Source: Bacteroidales bacterium (lineage in GTDB: Bacteria; Bacteroidota; Bacteroidia; Bacteroidales; VadinHA17). From it: DNA of 64,000 nucleotides. Position numbers and translations under genes: made by a program. Positions 30,503 to 41,591 of this stretch are shown piece by piece. The stretch lies in contig JAVEXG010000001.1 of assembly GCA_034004115.1 (NCBI GenBank), forward strand, positions 1,153 to 65,152, in the 5' to 3' direction. Within the stretch, counting starts at the first letter, position 1; each line of letters starts with the position of its first letter. The notes under the pieces are model-generated. The model searched no databases. It was not told where the DNA came from and saw only the letters and a program-made list of their open reading frames with translations.

Positions 30503-33500
30503 ATGTCATTCAGAAGAGATAACAAAACAAAAACAAGTTACTCAAAGATTTCTATTGGTCTCGCTTCACCGGAAGAGATTCTCGATCGTTCAAGCGGCGA
30601 GGTTCTGAAACCTGAGACAATCAACTACAGGACCTACAAGCCAGAGCGTGACGGACTCTTCTGCGAAAGGATCTTCGGACCGGTTAAGGATTACGAATGC
30701 CACTGCGGAAAATATAAAAGGATAAGATACAAGGGGATTGTGTGCGACCGCTGCGGTGTTGAGGTCACTGAAAAGAAAGTCCGCCGTGAGAGAATGGGAC
30801 ATATATCGCTGGTGGTTCCGATAGCCCACATTTGGTACTTCCGCTCACTGCCCAACAAGATCGGTTACCTCCTGGGCCTTCCTACCAAAAAGCTCGATTC
30901 AATTATCTACTACGAAAGATATGTTGTAATCAACCCGGGTATCAAGGCTGCCGATGGCATCAAATACCTCGATTTCCTTACAGAAGAGGAATACCTTGAA
31001 ATAACTGAATCACTTCCCAAGGAGAACCTCTATCTTGAGGATACCCATCCCGACAAGTTCGTTGCCGATATGGGAGCTGACGCTCTTTATAAACTGCTTT
31101 GCAGAATCGATCTTGATGAGCTGTCATATTCCCTTCGTCACAGGGCTAATACCGAGACTTCCCAGCAGCGCAAGAATGAGGCACTGAAAAGGCTTCAGGT
31201 TGTCGAGGCTTTCAGGGATTCAAAGAATGTGAACAAGCCTGAGTGGATGATAATAAAGGTGGTTCCGGTAATTCCGCCTGAACTGAGACCTCTTGTACCT
31301 CTTGACGGAGGCCGTTTTGCAACAAGCGACCTTAACGACCTTTACAGAAGGGTCATCATCAGAAATAACCGTCTTAAGCGACTGATTGAGATCAAGGCTC
31401 CGGAAGTGATCCTCAGAAATGAAAAAAGGATGCTTCAGGAAGCAGTCGACTCATTATTCGACAACTCCAGAAAGGCAAATGCCGTCAAGACTGACGCCAA
31501 CCGTCCTCTTAAATCGCTTAGCGACAGTCTTAAAGGAAAACAGGGCAGGTTCCGTCAGAACCTCCTTGGAAAAAGGGTTGACTACTCCGCACGTTCGGTT
31601 ATTGTGGTCGGACCGGAACTCGATCTTCACGAATGCGGTCTGCCAAAAGACATGGCTGCTGAGCTATACAAACCTTTCATAATAAGAAAACTGATTGAGC
31701 GCGGAATTGTCAAAACCGTCAAATCAGCCAAGAAAATTGTTGATCGCAAGGACCCGGTGGTATGGGATATCCTCGAGAACGTTCTCAAGGGACACCCTGT
31801 AATGCTTAACCGTGCCCCCACTCTTCACAGACTGGGCATCCAGGCCTTCCAGCCGAAACTTATCGAAGGAAAGGCCATCCAGCTGCACCCGCTCGTATGT
31901 ACCGCATTCAACGCCGACTTCGACGGTGACCAGATGGCTGTTCACCTGCCGCTCGGAAATGCTGCCGTACTTGAGGCACAGATGCTGATGCTTGCATCGC
32001 ATAATATCCTTAACCCCGCTAACGGAGCTCCGATAACCGTTCCTTCACAGGACATGGTTCTCGGCCTGTATTATATTACTAAGGGAAGGAAAAGCACTCC
32101 CGAGGATAAGGTCAGAGGTGAAGGACTTACATTTTATTCACCTGAAGAGGTCAATATTGCCCATAATGAAAAGAAAATAGACCTTCATGCCTATATTAAG
32201 GTGAAAGTTAACGACAGGGTTGACGGACAGCTTGTTAACCACCTGGTGGAAACCACCGTGGGAAGGGTTATCTTCAACCAGTTTGTCCCGGAAGAGGTAG
32301 GTTTTATAAATGAGATCCTTACAAAAAAATCACTAAGGGACATTATCGGCAGGGTTCTGAAATTATCAGGCACTGCAAAAACTGCCGCTTTCCTCGATGC
32401 CATCAAGAACCTTGGGTTCAATTCGGCATTCCGCGGAGGTCTTTCATTCAACCTCGATGATGTGATCATCCCCGAGGAAAAAACGAAATTCGTAACCGAA
32501 GGCTATGAACAGGTTGAGGAAGTGCTGAATAACTACAGCATGGGGTTCATAACCAACAATGAACGATATAATCAGATTATTGATATCTGGACACATGTCA
32601 ATGCCCGACTGACACAGTCGCTGATGAAACAGCTGTCAACCGACAAGCAAGGTTTCAATTCAGTATTCATGATGCTCGACTCCGGCGCAAGGGGATCGAA
32701 GGAACAGATACGCCAGCTTTCCGGGATGAGGGGACTTATGGCAAAACCGCAGAAATCAGGTGCCTCAGGTTCTGAAATCATCGAAAACCCGATTCTCTCC
32801 AACTTCAAGGAGGGCCTGTCGGTTCTGGAGTACTTCATTTCAACTCACGGTGCCCGTAAAGGTCTTGCCGATACAGCTCTCAAGACAGCTGACGCCGGCT
32901 ACCTGACACGCCGTCTGGTCGATGTTTCGCAGGATGTAATTATTAACGAGGAAGACTGCGGTACCCTTAGAGGCCTTGTGGCAACTGCCATCAAGAAAAA
33001 CGAGGAAGTCGTTGAGTCGCTCTACGAAAGAATTCTCGGGCGCACAACTGTCCACGATGTGTTCCATCCGCTTACCGGAGAACTTATAGTTGAAGCCGGT
33101 CAGGAACTTACTGAAGATCTGGCGAAAAAGATAGAAGATTCTCCTATCGAGCAGGTTGAAATCCGCTCAGTGCTGACATGCGAATCGAAAAAGGGTGTTT
33201 GTGCAAAATGCTACGGCCGAAACCTTGCTACCGGCAGAATGGTACAGAAAGGTGAAGCAACAGGTGTTATCGCCGCCCAGAGTATCGGTGAACCAGGTAC
33301 CCAGCTTACACTCCGTACTTTCCACGTTGGAGGTACTGCATCAAATATTACTACTGAATCGCGCCTTGTTGCCAGGTACAGCGGTATTGCCGAGATTGAA
33401 GAACTCAGATCGGTCCCCAAAAAGGATACAGAAAAGGGAGAAGTTGATATAGTAATCGGTCGTCTTGCAGAAATGAGAATAATAGACAAGAAGACAGGAA

Positions 33501-34795
33501 TTGCACTTACAACCCATACAATTCCCTATGGCTCGAGATTATACATCAAACCCGGGCAGGAAGTTGAAAAAGGAAAACTGATATGCGAATGGGATCCGTT
33601 CAACGCTGTAATTATTTCTGAACTCGCAGGAAAAGTTGGTTACGAGCACCTTATCGAAGGTATAACCTTCAGGGAGGAATCTGATGAACAGACCGGTTTT
33701 AAGGAAAAGGTTATCATAGAGAGCAGGGACAAGACCAAAAACCCTGCTATCAAGATACTTGGTCCCGACAACGAAGAACTCAGGATTTATAACCTGCCTG
33801 TCGGCGCTCATCTTGTTATGGAAGCAGGAAAAAGGGCAGAGGCCGGTGAGGTGCTTGCCAAGATACCAAGGGCTGTGGGAAAATCGGGCGATATAACCGG
33901 AGGTCTGCCGCGAGTTACGGAATTATTCGAGGCACGTAATCCCTCCAACCCCGCTATCGTCTCTGAAATCGATGGAGAGGTTACTTTCGGAAAAATCAAG
34001 AGGGGAAACAGGGAGATTGTTATCAAGTCAAAAACCGATGAGATAAAGAAATACCTTGTTCCGCTTTCAAAACAGATACTTGTTCAGGAAAACGACTATG
34101 TGAAAGCCGGTGTTCCTCTTTCCGATGGTGCTATCACGCCGTCGGACATTCTGGCCATCAAGGGCCCGACAAAGGTTCAGGAATATATCGTGAATGAAAT
34201 TCAGGAGGTGTACAGGCTTCAGGGTGTGAAGATCAATGACAAACATTTTGAGATCATTGTCCGCCAGATGATGAGAAAGGTCGAGATAGTTGATCCGGGT
34301 GATACTAAATTTCTTGAACGCCAGATTGTCGACAAACTTGAATTCATGGATGAGAACGACTGGATATATGGCAAGAAATATATTGTCGAATCAGGCGATT
34401 CCCAGACCCTTCGTCCGGGTATGATTGTGACAGCCAGAAAACTAAGGGATGAGAACTCGATCCTGAAGCGTCGCGACCTAAGGGTTGTTGAAGCAAGGGA
34501 TGCCGTTCCGGCCACGTCAAACCAGGTCCTGCAGGGTATTACAAGGGCAGCTCTTCAGACAAACAGCTTCTTCTCGGCAGCCTCCTTCCAGGAGACCACC
34601 AAGGTGCTTAACGAAGCGGCTATCCTCGGTAAGATCGACAAGCTTGAAGGATTGAAGGAGAACGTGATCGTCGGTCACCTTATACCTGCCGGTACAGGTC
34701 AGCGCCAGTACAACAGTATAATAGTCGGATCGCTCGAAGATCTGGAAAATCTCACTGAAGCACAGGCTGAAACAGTATCGGAAGCAAGGAAGTAA
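30503..34795 (+). CDS. rpoC: DNA-directed RNA polymerase subunit beta'
   Basis: 1430 aa. Zinc-binding [23 protein letters not shown] and the catalytic NADFDGDQM motif. Confidence 0.99.
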   Translation: MSFRRDNKTKTSYSKISIGLASPEEILDRSSGEVLKPETINYRTYKPERDGLFCERIFGPVKDYECHCGKYKRIRYKGIVCDRCGVEVTEKKVRRERMGHISLVVPIAHIWYFRSLPNKIGYLLGLPTKKLDSIIYYERYVVINPGIKAADGIKYLDFLTEEEYLEITESLPKENLYLEDTHPDKFVADMGADALYKLLCRIDLDELSYSLRHRANTETSQQRKNEALKRLQVVEAFRDSKNVNKPEWMIIKVVPVIPPELRPLVPLDGGRFATSDLNDLYRRVIIRNNRLKRLIEIKAPEVILRNEKRMLQEAVDSLFDNSRKANAVKTDANRPLKSLSDSLKGKQGRFRQNLLGKRVDYSARSVIVVGPELDLHECGLPKDMAAELYKPFIIRKLIERGIVKTVKSAKKIVDRKDPVVWDILENVLKGHPVMLNRAPTLHRLGIQAFQPKLIEGKAIQLHPLVCTAFNADFDGDQMAVHLPLGNAAVLEAQMLMLASHNILNPANGAPITVPSQDMVLGLYYITKGRKSTPEDKVRGEGLTFYSPEEVNIAHNEKKIDLHAYIKVKVNDRVDGQLVNHLVETTVGRVIFNQFVPEEVGFINEILTKKSLRDIIGRVLKLSGTAKTAAFLDAIKNLGFNSAFRGGLSFNLDDVIIPEEKTKFVTEGYEQVEEVLNNYSMGFITNNERYNQIIDIWTHVNARLTQSLMKQLSTDKQGFNSVFMMLDSGARGSKEQIRQLSGMRGLMAKPQKSGASGSEIIENPILSNFKEGLSVLEYFISTHGARKGLADTALKTADAGYLTRRLVDVSQDVIINEEDCGTLRGLVATAIKKNEEVVESLYERILGRTTVHDVFHPLTGELIVEAGQELTEDLAKKIEDSPIEQVEIRSVLTCESKKGVCAKCYGRNLATGRMVQKGEATGVIAAQSIGEPGTQLTLRTFHVGGTASNITTESRLVARYSGIAEIEELRSVPKKDTEKGEVDIVIGRLAEMRIIDKKTGIALTTHTIPYGSRLYIKPGQEVEKGKLICEWDPFNAVIISELAGKVGYEHLIEGITFREESDEQTGFKEKVIIESRDKTKNPAIKILGPDNEELRIYNLPVGAHLVMEAGKRAEAGEVLAKIPRAVGKSGDITGGLPRVTELFEARNPSNPAIVSEIDGEVTFGKIKRGNREIVIKSKTDEIKKYLVPLSKQILVQENDYVKAGVPLSDGAITPSDILAIKGPTKVQEYIVNEIQEVYRLQGVKINDKHFEIIVRQMMRKVEIVDPGDTKFLERQIVDKLEFMDENDWIYGKKYIVESGDSQTLRPGMIVTARKLRDENSILKRRDLRVVEARDAVPATSNQVLQGITRAALQTNSFFSAASFQETTKVLNEAAILGKIDKLEGLKENVIVGHLIPAGTGQRQYNSIIVGSLEDLENLTEAQAETVSEARK

Positions 34796-34813
34796 ATTAA
34801 ATATTTGCATATC

Positions 34814-35131
34814 ATGTCAGATCCTAAAAATCCCAATCAGATCAATATTGAACTGAGTGAGGAAGTGGCTCAGGGCATCTATTCAAACCTCGCCGTAATC
34901 ACACATTCAGCCTCCGAGTTCGTGATCGACTTTGTCAGAATCATGCCCGGTATTCCTAAAGCCCAGGTGAAGTCAAGGATTATTCTTACCCCTGAGCATG
35001 CAAAAAGACTGGTGACTGCCCTGGAGGATAATATAGCCAAGTATGAAGCTGTACATGGTAAGATAAAGGATGTCAAGGGCTCCACTCCTGTGCTGCCCAT
35101 GAACTTCGGAGGTCCGACAGCACAGGCCTGA
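34814..35131 (+). CDS. small conserved protein downstream of rpoC (DUF3467-like)
   Basis: ATG at 34814 (the ORF-track TTG is at 34805). About 105 aa. The family name is from memory of the conserved Bacteroidota rpoC-downstream gene. Confidence 0.7.
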   Translation: MSDPKNPNQINIELSEEVAQGIYSNLAVITHSASEFVIDFVRIMPGIPKAQVKSRIILTPEHAKRLVTALEDNIAKYEAVHGKIKDVKGSTPVLPMNFGGPTAQA

Positions 35132-35151
35132 GGAAGGTTATTATTAGTCCT

Positions 35152-35946
35152 GTGAAGGAATTTAAGATATCTTTCATTGGTGCTGGAAAAGTGGCGGGTG
35201 CATTGTGCAGAAAGTTGCACAGCAACGACTTCAGTATCAGGAAAATAGTGTCAGCGACCGGGTTGAGGGGAGAATCCCTCGCCCGGTCGTGTAACGCCGA
35301 ATGGTCTCAGACAGCTGAGTTCAACAGCGGCGAAGACCTGATCATCGCAGCTGTCCCCGATGACAGTCTGCCAGGAATCCTGGAGAAAATCCTTTGCCCC
35401 GCAAAAACAATAGTGGCTCATACTGCCGGAAGCATCGGTCTCGATGTTTTCCCTCCGTCAATCAAAAACAGGGGAGTTTTTTACCCTCTGCAAACCTTCT
35501 CTGAAAACAGGCTTGTATCGTTTAATGAACTGCCTTTTTTCCTTGAAGCCTCTGATTCATCTGTCCTGCAAACTCTCCGCAAGGTTGCACTGAAACTCGG
35601 TGCAAAGGCCTATGTCACTTCTGCCGACCAGCGTAAAATGCTTCATCTGGCAGCGGTTTTTGCCTGTAATTTCACAAACCACATGCTCTCGGCCGGAAAG
35701 ACCATCTCCGGCAAAGCCGGATTTTCTTTTGATGTCCTCAAACCTCTTATAAATGAAACAATTATAAAGGCATTTGAGAACGGTCCGGAGAACTCCCAGA
35801 CAGGCCCCGCCTACAGAAATGACACAGGCACTATTAAAAGACATATTGATTTGCTATCTTTCTCTCCCGAACTTGAGGGGATTTACAGGGAAATAACAAA
35901 ATCAATTATAAAACTATACAACAGCGATTCTGATGACCAACTTTAA
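35152..35946 (+). CDS. Rossmann-fold NAD(P)-binding protein (DUF2520/ProC-like family)
   Basis: 264 aa with a GTG start. FIGAGKVAG dinucleotide-binding motif. The family assignment is from memory. Confidence 0.7.
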   Translation: MKEFKISFIGAGKVAGALCRKLHSNDFSIRKIVSATGLRGESLARSCNAEWSQTAEFNSGEDLIIAAVPDDSLPGILEKILCPAKTIVAHTAGSIGLDVFPPSIKNRGVFYPLQTFSENRLVSFNELPFFLEASDSSVLQTLRKVALKLGAKAYVTSADQRKMLHLAAVFACNFTNHMLSAGKTISGKAGFSFDVLKPLINETIIKAFENGPENSQTGPAYRNDTGTIKRHIDLLSFSPELEGIYREITKSIIKLYNSDSDDQL

Positions 35947-36454
35947 GGAAGACCTGACCAGGGTAAAGGCTTTTGTGTTTGACATCGACGGAGTTATGTC
36001 GCTGCAGACAATCAGCCTGAATGCCTTCGGTGTGCCTAACCGTACTGTTAATCTTCGTGACGGATATGCCATTCAGCTGGCTGTTAAAAAGGGTTATCGC
36101 GTCGGAATCATTTCTGGCAGCAATGCAAAGGAATACATCAGAAGACTGAAGGGTCTGGGCGTAAGCGATATCTACCTCAACAGCCGGGCCAAGACCGAAC
36201 ACTTCAATAATTTCTGCACGAAACATGAAATTCAGCCGTCGGATGTAATGTTCATGGGTGACGACATTCCGGATTACGGAGTCATGAAACTGGCTGGAGT
36301 GCCGGTCTGCCCGTCCGATGCCGACAGTGAGATCAAAAAGGTTGCATCCTATATATCCGATAAAAGGGGAGGGGAAGGATGTGTGAGGGATGTGATCGAA
36401 CAGGTTCTGCGATTGCATAATAACTGGATGGATAATGATGCTTTCACCTGGTAA
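35933..36454 (+). CDS. kdsC: 3-deoxy-D-manno-octulosonate 8-phosphate phosphatase (HAD-IIIA)
   Basis: 173 aa. HAD motif I FVFDIDGVM and the ...MGDDIPD... motif. Overlaps the upstream gene by 14 nt. Confidence 0.85.
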   Translation: MTNFKEDLTRVKAFVFDIDGVMSLQTISLNAFGVPNRTVNLRDGYAIQLAVKKGYRVGIISGSNAKEYIRRLKGLGVSDIYLNSRAKTEHFNNFCTKHEIQPSDVMFMGDDIPDYGVMKLAGVPVCPSDADSEIKKVASYISDKRGGEGCVRDVIEQVLRLHNNWMDNDAFTW

Positions 36455-36457
36455 CGG

Positions 36458-37441
36458 ATGAAGACATTTCTGAAGCTTGTTCGCTGGCCAAACCTGCTTA
36501 TTGTAGCCTTTACAATGATCCTGATGCGTTATGCGGTGATTGAGCCGGTAATCAGCAAAATCACCGTGTCCATTATCGGGGGTACCGGGGAAATGACACC
36601 GCTTTCTCTTAAATTCCCGTGGTACGACTTCCTTATTCTTATCCTGGCCACAGTCTGCCTGACTGCAGGTGGCTATGTGATCAACGATTATTTCGACATC
36701 AGAACCGACCTTATAAACAGGGGAGAGGTTATTGTGGGCTCTAAAGTGCCAAGAAGACAGGCCATGCTATGGCACAACATTCTCAACCTCATTGGAGTGG
36801 CAGCGGGTTTCTATATCTCCTGGAAAGCCGGATACTTCTGGATGGGAATGTTATTTCTCATTGTCTCGGGATTGCTTTACTTCTATTCCGCAAGCTATAA
36901 GCGGCAATTCCTTGTCGGAAACATCGTAGTGGCGGTACTCACGGCAATGGTCCCCCTGCTTGTTGTCTTCTATGAATGGCCCGCCCTGTACAGGTATTAT
37001 GAGGTGAATGCCTTTTCGTCACCCGATGTAAAAATAATATTTTACTGGGTCGGCGGCTTCGCCCTGTTTGCCTTCATCACCACACTTACCAGGGAGATAA
37101 TCAAGGATATCGAGGACTTTGAAGGCGATCTGGCTTATGGCCGGAATACGGTGCCGGTTGTTACAGGCATTCTTACTGCCAGAGTCATTGCTATTGTGCT
37201 GACTGCGGTCACCATAGCAATGCTTTTTTTAGTCTGGAGATTTTTCCTCCACGATAAGATAACCCTTGTATATATTTCTGCTGCTGTTGTTATTCCGCTT
37301 GCCATTGTTATTTACCGGCTGATTCTCTCTCCCGGTAAAAGGCAGCTTCATTCCGCAAGCAGGTTTGTGAAGATCGCACAGTGTTCGGGTGTTCTTTATT
37401 CTGTTGTGGTTAAACTGATCCTCGACTTTAACCTTATCTGA
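36458..37441 (+). CDS. UbiA-family prenyltransferase
   Basis: 327 aa with multiple TM helices. First Asp-rich motif NDYFDIRTD, and a second in ...DIEDFEGD.... Confidence 0.88.
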   Translation: MKTFLKLVRWPNLLIVAFTMILMRYAVIEPVISKITVSIIGGTGEMTPLSLKFPWYDFLILILATVCLTAGGYVINDYFDIRTDLINRGEVIVGSKVPRRQAMLWHNILNLIGVAAGFYISWKAGYFWMGMLFLIVSGLLYFYSASYKRQFLVGNIVVAVLTAMVPLLVVFYEWPALYRYYEVNAFSSPDVKIIFYWVGGFALFAFITTLTREIIKDIEDFEGDLAYGRNTVPVVTGILTARVIAIVLTAVTIAMLFLVWRFFLHDKITLVYISAAVVIPLAIVIYRLILSPGKRQLHSASRFVKIAQCSGVLYSVVVKLILDFNLI

Positions 37442-37442
37442 C

Positions 37443-38030
37443 ATGGGGATCGATGACCTCAACAAATTCAGGATTATCCTTGGATCGCGGTCTCCCCGGC
37501 GGCAGGAACTTCTGAGGGAGCTCGGCCTTGAATTTGAAGTGGTCACAAAAGACTGGGACGAGTTCTATCCTGCTTACCTTACCGGCCCTGAAATCGCACT
37601 TTATGTGGCAGAGGAAAAGGCAAAATCTTTTATTCCGGAGATAAAAGGAAACGAGATAGTCATTACTGCTGATACGATTGTCTGGTGCAACGGGGAGGTA
37701 CTTTCCAAACCGTCAGACAGGGAAGATGCCATGAGAATAATCCGGAAAATATCAGGCAGGACCCATGAAGTGATAACCGGAGTCTGCCTTCTCTCATCCG
37801 TTAAAATGGTGTCGTTCCAGTCATCCACAAGGGTTACATTCTCTGAACTTTCGGATGAGGAAATAGTTCATTATATTAGCAGATACAAACCCTACGACAA
37901 GGCAGGTGCATACGGCATCCAGGAATGGATTGGCATAGCTGCATGCAGCTCAATCGAAGGTTCTTACTTTAATGTGGTTGGCCTGCCGGTTGAACAGGTA
38001 TACCGCGAACTGAAAAAATTTGTGTTATGA
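37443..38030 (+). CDS. maf: Maf-like nucleoside triphosphate pyrophosphatase
   Basis: 195 aa. ...ILGSRSPRRQELL... and ...DKAGAYGIQ... motifs. Confidence 0.93.
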   Translation: MGIDDLNKFRIILGSRSPRRQELLRELGLEFEVVTKDWDEFYPAYLTGPEIALYVAEEKAKSFIPEIKGNEIVITADTIVWCNGEVLSKPSDREDAMRIIRKISGRTHEVITGVCLLSSVKMVSFQSSTRVTFSELSDEEIVHYISRYKPYDKAGAYGIQEWIGIAACSSIEGSYFNVVGLPVEQVYRELKKFVL

Positions 38031-40198
38031 GGAAATTATTTTTTATAGTCTTTATTGCATTTACAGCCCTGGGAAGTTATGCTTCTACGGCTCCCGATGA
38101 GGGGATCTGGATACCCATTCTTATTGAAAAGTACAATATCAAGCTGATGCAGGAGAAGGGATTCAGACTGTCGGCCGAGGATATTTACAGCGTCAATCAG
38201 GCAAGCATGAAGGATGCCGTAGTTAATTTTAACGGAGGTTGTACCGCAGAGTTCATATCGGGCGACGGACTGCTGATAACAAACCACCATTGCGGTTACG
38301 GTCAGATTCAGGATCATTCCACACTTGAAAACGATTATCTGACAAACGGTTTCTGGGCTATGTCGCGCGACGGTGAACTGCCCAACCCGGGCGTCACGGT
38401 TACACTCCTCAAGCGGATGGAAGACGTAACCGGGAAAGTTCTTCAGGGTATTACTGATGGGATGCCTGCCCAGGAACGTGATAAGCTTATCTCCTCCCGC
38501 ATCGCCGACCTCCAGGCTTCAGCTGTGGAGGGAACCGGTTACAGCGCCGTTGTAAGGCCGTTTTTCATGGGCAACCAGTATTTTCTTTTTGTAAATGAAA
38601 CTTTCAGGGATGTAAGGCTGGTGGGAGCCCCTCCTTCTGCAATCGGGAAATTCGGCGGTGATACCGACAACTGGGTATGGCCCAGGCATACAGGCGACTT
38701 TTCATTATTCAGGGTTTATGCAGATAAAAACAATAAACCTGCTTCTTATTCCACCGATAATGTTCCGTATAATCCCGGATATTACTTCCCGGTATCTCTG
38801 AAGGGCGTGAACGAGGGCGATTTCACCATGGTTTTCGGTTATCCCGGAACAACATCTGAATATGTACCTTCATATCACATTGATATGGTAAAGAATCATA
38901 TCAATCCTGCAATGGTGGGTATCAGGGCGAAGAAGCTTGAGATAATCGACAAGGCAATGGAATCGGATCCTCTTATCCGGATTCAGTACTCCTCAAAGAA
39001 AGCCGGAATATCAAATTCATGGAAGAAATGGATAGGAGAGATGCAGGGACTCGAAAAAATGAACACAATCGGGCAAAAGCAGGAATATGAATCCAGACTG
39101 ACTGAATGGATCAGATCCGACAATGACAGAAGACTCAGGTATGGGGACATCCTTCCGGCCTACAGGGATCTTTATGAAGGCTTTAAAGAGTATACACTCG
39201 TCAACAATTACTCCAATGAAGTCTTTAATGGAATTGAGGCTGTTGTGCTGGCAAGAAGAACATATGATCTGGCATCCCTTTACAGGAAAGGCCAGGCACC
39301 AGATGCTCAGACTGTCTCAAAGACCAGGGAAGCCATCTCGGAATATGCTGCGGGATTTTTCAAGGACTACGACAGGGAAACCGATCAGCAATTGTTTGCA
39401 GCCATGCTTACCCTGTACGGTGAAACACTCGATTCAAAATGGCTCTCACCGGAGTATCTGAGACTGAAAAAGACCACAGGAGGCGACTTCAATTCCATTG
39501 CCCCGGATCTGTATGACAAGTCGGTGTTCACCGACCAGCAAAGGTTTGATTCCTTTTTGAAAAAGTTCGGAAGATCTTCTCTGAAAAAACTCGAAAAGGA
39601 TCCTTTTTACAGGCTTGCAGTTGATGTTTCAGGCTTCATTTCCGGAAATGTCCGGCCTGAACTGTCGCGTATGTACAGCGAATTGCAGAAACTAAACAAA
39701 CGCTATATGACGGCCCAGATGGAATATGACAGCACCAGGATCTTCTACCCCGATGCCAATTCCACTCTCAGAGTGTCGTTCGGAAGCGTGAAAGGCTACT
39801 ATTCCGAAGATGCTGTATATTTCAAACCGGTTTCAACACTAAAAGGCATAATTGAGAAGGACAATCCTGAAATCTACGACTACAATGTGCCGGCCCGGCT
39901 GAAGGAGTTATATTCAAAGGCCGACTACGGGCGTTACGGTCGTAACGGAGAGATGCCGGTGTGTTTCATTGCAAACAATCATACTACAGGCGGAAACTCC
40001 GGAAGTCCGGTAATCAATGCCGATGGTTATCTGATAGGTATAAATTTCGACAGGGCATGGGAAGGAGTTGCCAGTGATCTGGCCTTCAACCCTGAGCAAA
40101 GCCGTAACATAAGCCTTGATATAAGATTTGCCCTGTTTATTATTGATAAATTTGCCGGTGCGGGCTATCTGCTCGATGAAATGACAATAATCGAATAG
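38027..40198 (+). CDS. S46-family dipeptidyl-peptidase (DPP7/DPP11-like serine peptidase)
   Basis: 723 aa with a signal peptide. ...TNHHCGYG... (His) and ...GGNSGSPV... (Ser) catalytic motifs. ATGA start/stop overlap with maf. Confidence 0.9.
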   Translation: MRKLFFIVFIAFTALGSYASTAPDEGIWIPILIEKYNIKLMQEKGFRLSAEDIYSVNQASMKDAVVNFNGGCTAEFISGDGLLITNHHCGYGQIQDHSTLENDYLTNGFWAMSRDGELPNPGVTVTLLKRMEDVTGKVLQGITDGMPAQERDKLISSRIADLQASAVEGTGYSAVVRPFFMGNQYFLFVNETFRDVRLVGAPPSAIGKFGGDTDNWVWPRHTGDFSLFRVYADKNNKPASYSTDNVPYNPGYYFPVSLKGVNEGDFTMVFGYPGTTSEYVPSYHIDMVKNHINPAMVGIRAKKLEIIDKAMESDPLIRIQYSSKKAGISNSWKKWIGEMQGLEKMNTIGQKQEYESRLTEWIRSDNDRRLRYGDILPAYRDLYEGFKEYTLVNNYSNEVFNGIEAVVLARRTYDLASLYRKGQAPDAQTVSKTREAISEYAAGFFKDYDRETDQQLFAAMLTLYGETLDSKWLSPEYLRLKKTTGGDFNSIAPDLYDKSVFTDQQRFDSFLKKFGRSSLKKLEKDPFYRLAVDVSGFISGNVRPELSRMYSELQKLNKRYMTAQMEYDSTRIFYPDANSTLRVSFGSVKGYYSEDAVYFKPVSTLKGIIEKDNPEIYDYNVPARLKELYSKADYGRYGRNGEMPVCFIANNHTTGGNSGSPVINADGYLIGINFDRAWEGVASDLAFNPEQSRNISLDIRFALFIIDKFAGAGYLLDEMTIIE

Positions 40199-40249
40199 AG
40201 AAAAGGGGATATCTGCCTTGGTGCAATGTATTATTCATTTTTGAAATCT

Positions 40250-40356
40250 ACACCCCCTTCCCAGCCTTCCCCCAGGGGGGAAGGAGCAACACGCTTTTCC
40301 TCCCGGGGGGAAGGCGCCCCAAGCTTTTCCCCCTTGGGGAAAACGGGAAAGGGGGT
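40250..40356. repeat. tandem C5/G5 hairpin repeat element
   Basis: CCTTCCCCC-A-GGGGGGAAGG palindrome (40265-40284). Two roughly 30-nt direct units: GGGGGGAAGG-AGCAACACGC-TTTTCCTCCC (40275-40304) and GGGGGGAAGG-CGCCCCAAGC-TTTTCCCCC (40305-40333). TTTTCCCC-CTT-GGGGAAAA hairpin (40325-40343). Confidence 0.75.
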
Positions 40357-40453
40357 AAGTTATAATAAATGTAACTTCCCATTGATCATCCTGGCACAAG
40401 AAAGGCCAGTGTCATAAAGCAACGGGGATCCTCCGGGTTAGATAGAATTAATA

Positions 40454-41350
40454 TCAGTACGCCCTGATCCTTTTCAGTTTGTCGGCATATCTCTGATAAA
40501 CTGCATCCTGGGCAGCAATCTGCTCCTTGACCTTTTCCTGCATCCTTTCATTTCTTGGGATGTCGCCTGTTGCCTGGTCAATAGTGGAATCAGCCTTGCC
40601 TATTTTCTTCTCAGCTTTTTTAACGCTCTTCTCTGCCCTCTTTTTGCGCTTCTCAAGCTCCTTTATCTGTTTTTCGAGCTCATCCTTTGCAGGCCCTTCT
40701 TCCATCGTTAAAAGCAGACGGTTTTGTTCCGCAATTGCAGCAGTCACAGTGTTCAACTCATTGTTCTGAAGTATGATGTTCTCATTCTCAGAGGATATTC
40801 TGGAATTGTTTGACTGAATGTTCTTTTGCATCCTGGATTTTTCACTCTCGAGCGATGAAAGCTCCTTCTGAAGATCTTTCAGCTTCTTTTCCTCCGCATC
40901 AGCCTGGCTCTTGGCAACATCGATGTATTTGTTCTTTGCGAATTCCTTCATGAATTCCTGTGCACTGACGAATGCAGGGCTGCCTGTTGCACTTTCAATG
41001 TACTCGTCCTTCTTGACTTCAAAGGCTGCAAAAAGCTGAAGCATCGAATCGAGCCTGACAAGCTTGCTGTAGACATTGATATCACCGGCATCGATCTTCT
41101 TGATCCGGGCACCGAAAATCGACATTTCGCCGTTTTCGTTTACAACTTTCGATTTTGTGCCTGATTCGATCTCCTTGATCCAGTCCTTGAGGACAACATC
41201 GAAATCTGCTTCAGGTATAGTCACCGACAGGCTTGGAATATATAACTTGCCTATCTGGATCGAGTCCTCCGAGAGGACTATGGGTTTCTGTGCATTTACT
41301 GCAATCAGAGGCAGTAAGGCAAAGAGTAAAACTGTAATTTTTAGTTTCAT
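40454..41350 (-). CDS. secreted coiled-coil protein of unknown function
   Basis: ATG at 41350 gives the signal peptide MKLKITVLLFALLPLIAVNAQ. The ORF-track TTG at 41371 falls inside the promoter box. The C-terminal half is Lys/Glu-rich with heptad character. Confidence 0.75.
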   Translation of the reverse strand: MKLKITVLLFALLPLIAVNAQKPIVLSEDSIQIGKLYIPSLSVTIPEADFDVVLKDWIKEIESGTKSKVVNENGEMSIFGARIKKIDAGDINVYSKLVRLDSMLQLFAAFEVKKDEYIESATGSPAFVSAQEFMKEFAKNKYIDVAKSQADAEEKKLKDLQKELSSLESEKSRMQKNIQSNNSRISSENENIILQNNELNTVTAAIAEQNRLLLTMEEGPAKDELEKQIKELEKRKKRAEKSVKKAEKKIGKADSTIDQATGDIPRNERMQEKVKEQIAAQDAVYQRYADKLKRIRAY

Positions 41351-41368
41351 GGTATTAATTAATTTACT

Positions 41369-41400
41369 CAAACTTAACTACGTTTGTCTAAATATCCAAA
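41369..41400 (-). promoter_or_regulatory. promoter of the coiled-coil protein gene (-33 TTTG / -7 TAAGTTTG)
   Basis: On the minus strand, TTTG (41400-41397) and TAAGTTTG (41376-41369) are separated by 20 nt. The ATG lies 19 nt downstream. Confidence 0.6.
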
Positions 41401-41591
41401 TAAATAGATAAACAGATAATAGTAGTAACAAAGATACTAAATTATAAAAGAAGTATCAATATGCCCTGATAAATGCACAAACCGGACCTAAAAATTAATC
41501 GTTCGCAAATTCAGCGCTTCATGTCATAAAATTCGGTTTTAAAATTCGATTGGAGCTAAAATTTATTACCTTTCAGCGATAATCTGAACAA

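Noticed and set aside
35906-36418. 170-aa minus-strand ORF opposite kdsC
   Set aside because: kdsC on the plus strand has clear HAD motifs, and the antisense translation has none.
40265-40343. CRISPR array
   Set aside because: There are only two to three degenerate units of about 30 nt with no unique spacers between them, and no cas genes in the window.
40226-40417. 63-aa ORF translating to …PSPRGEGATRFSSRGEGAPSFSPLGKTGKG…
   Set aside because: The periodic peptide is simply the translation of the tandem C5/G5 nucleotide repeat. I treat it as a repeat, not a gene.
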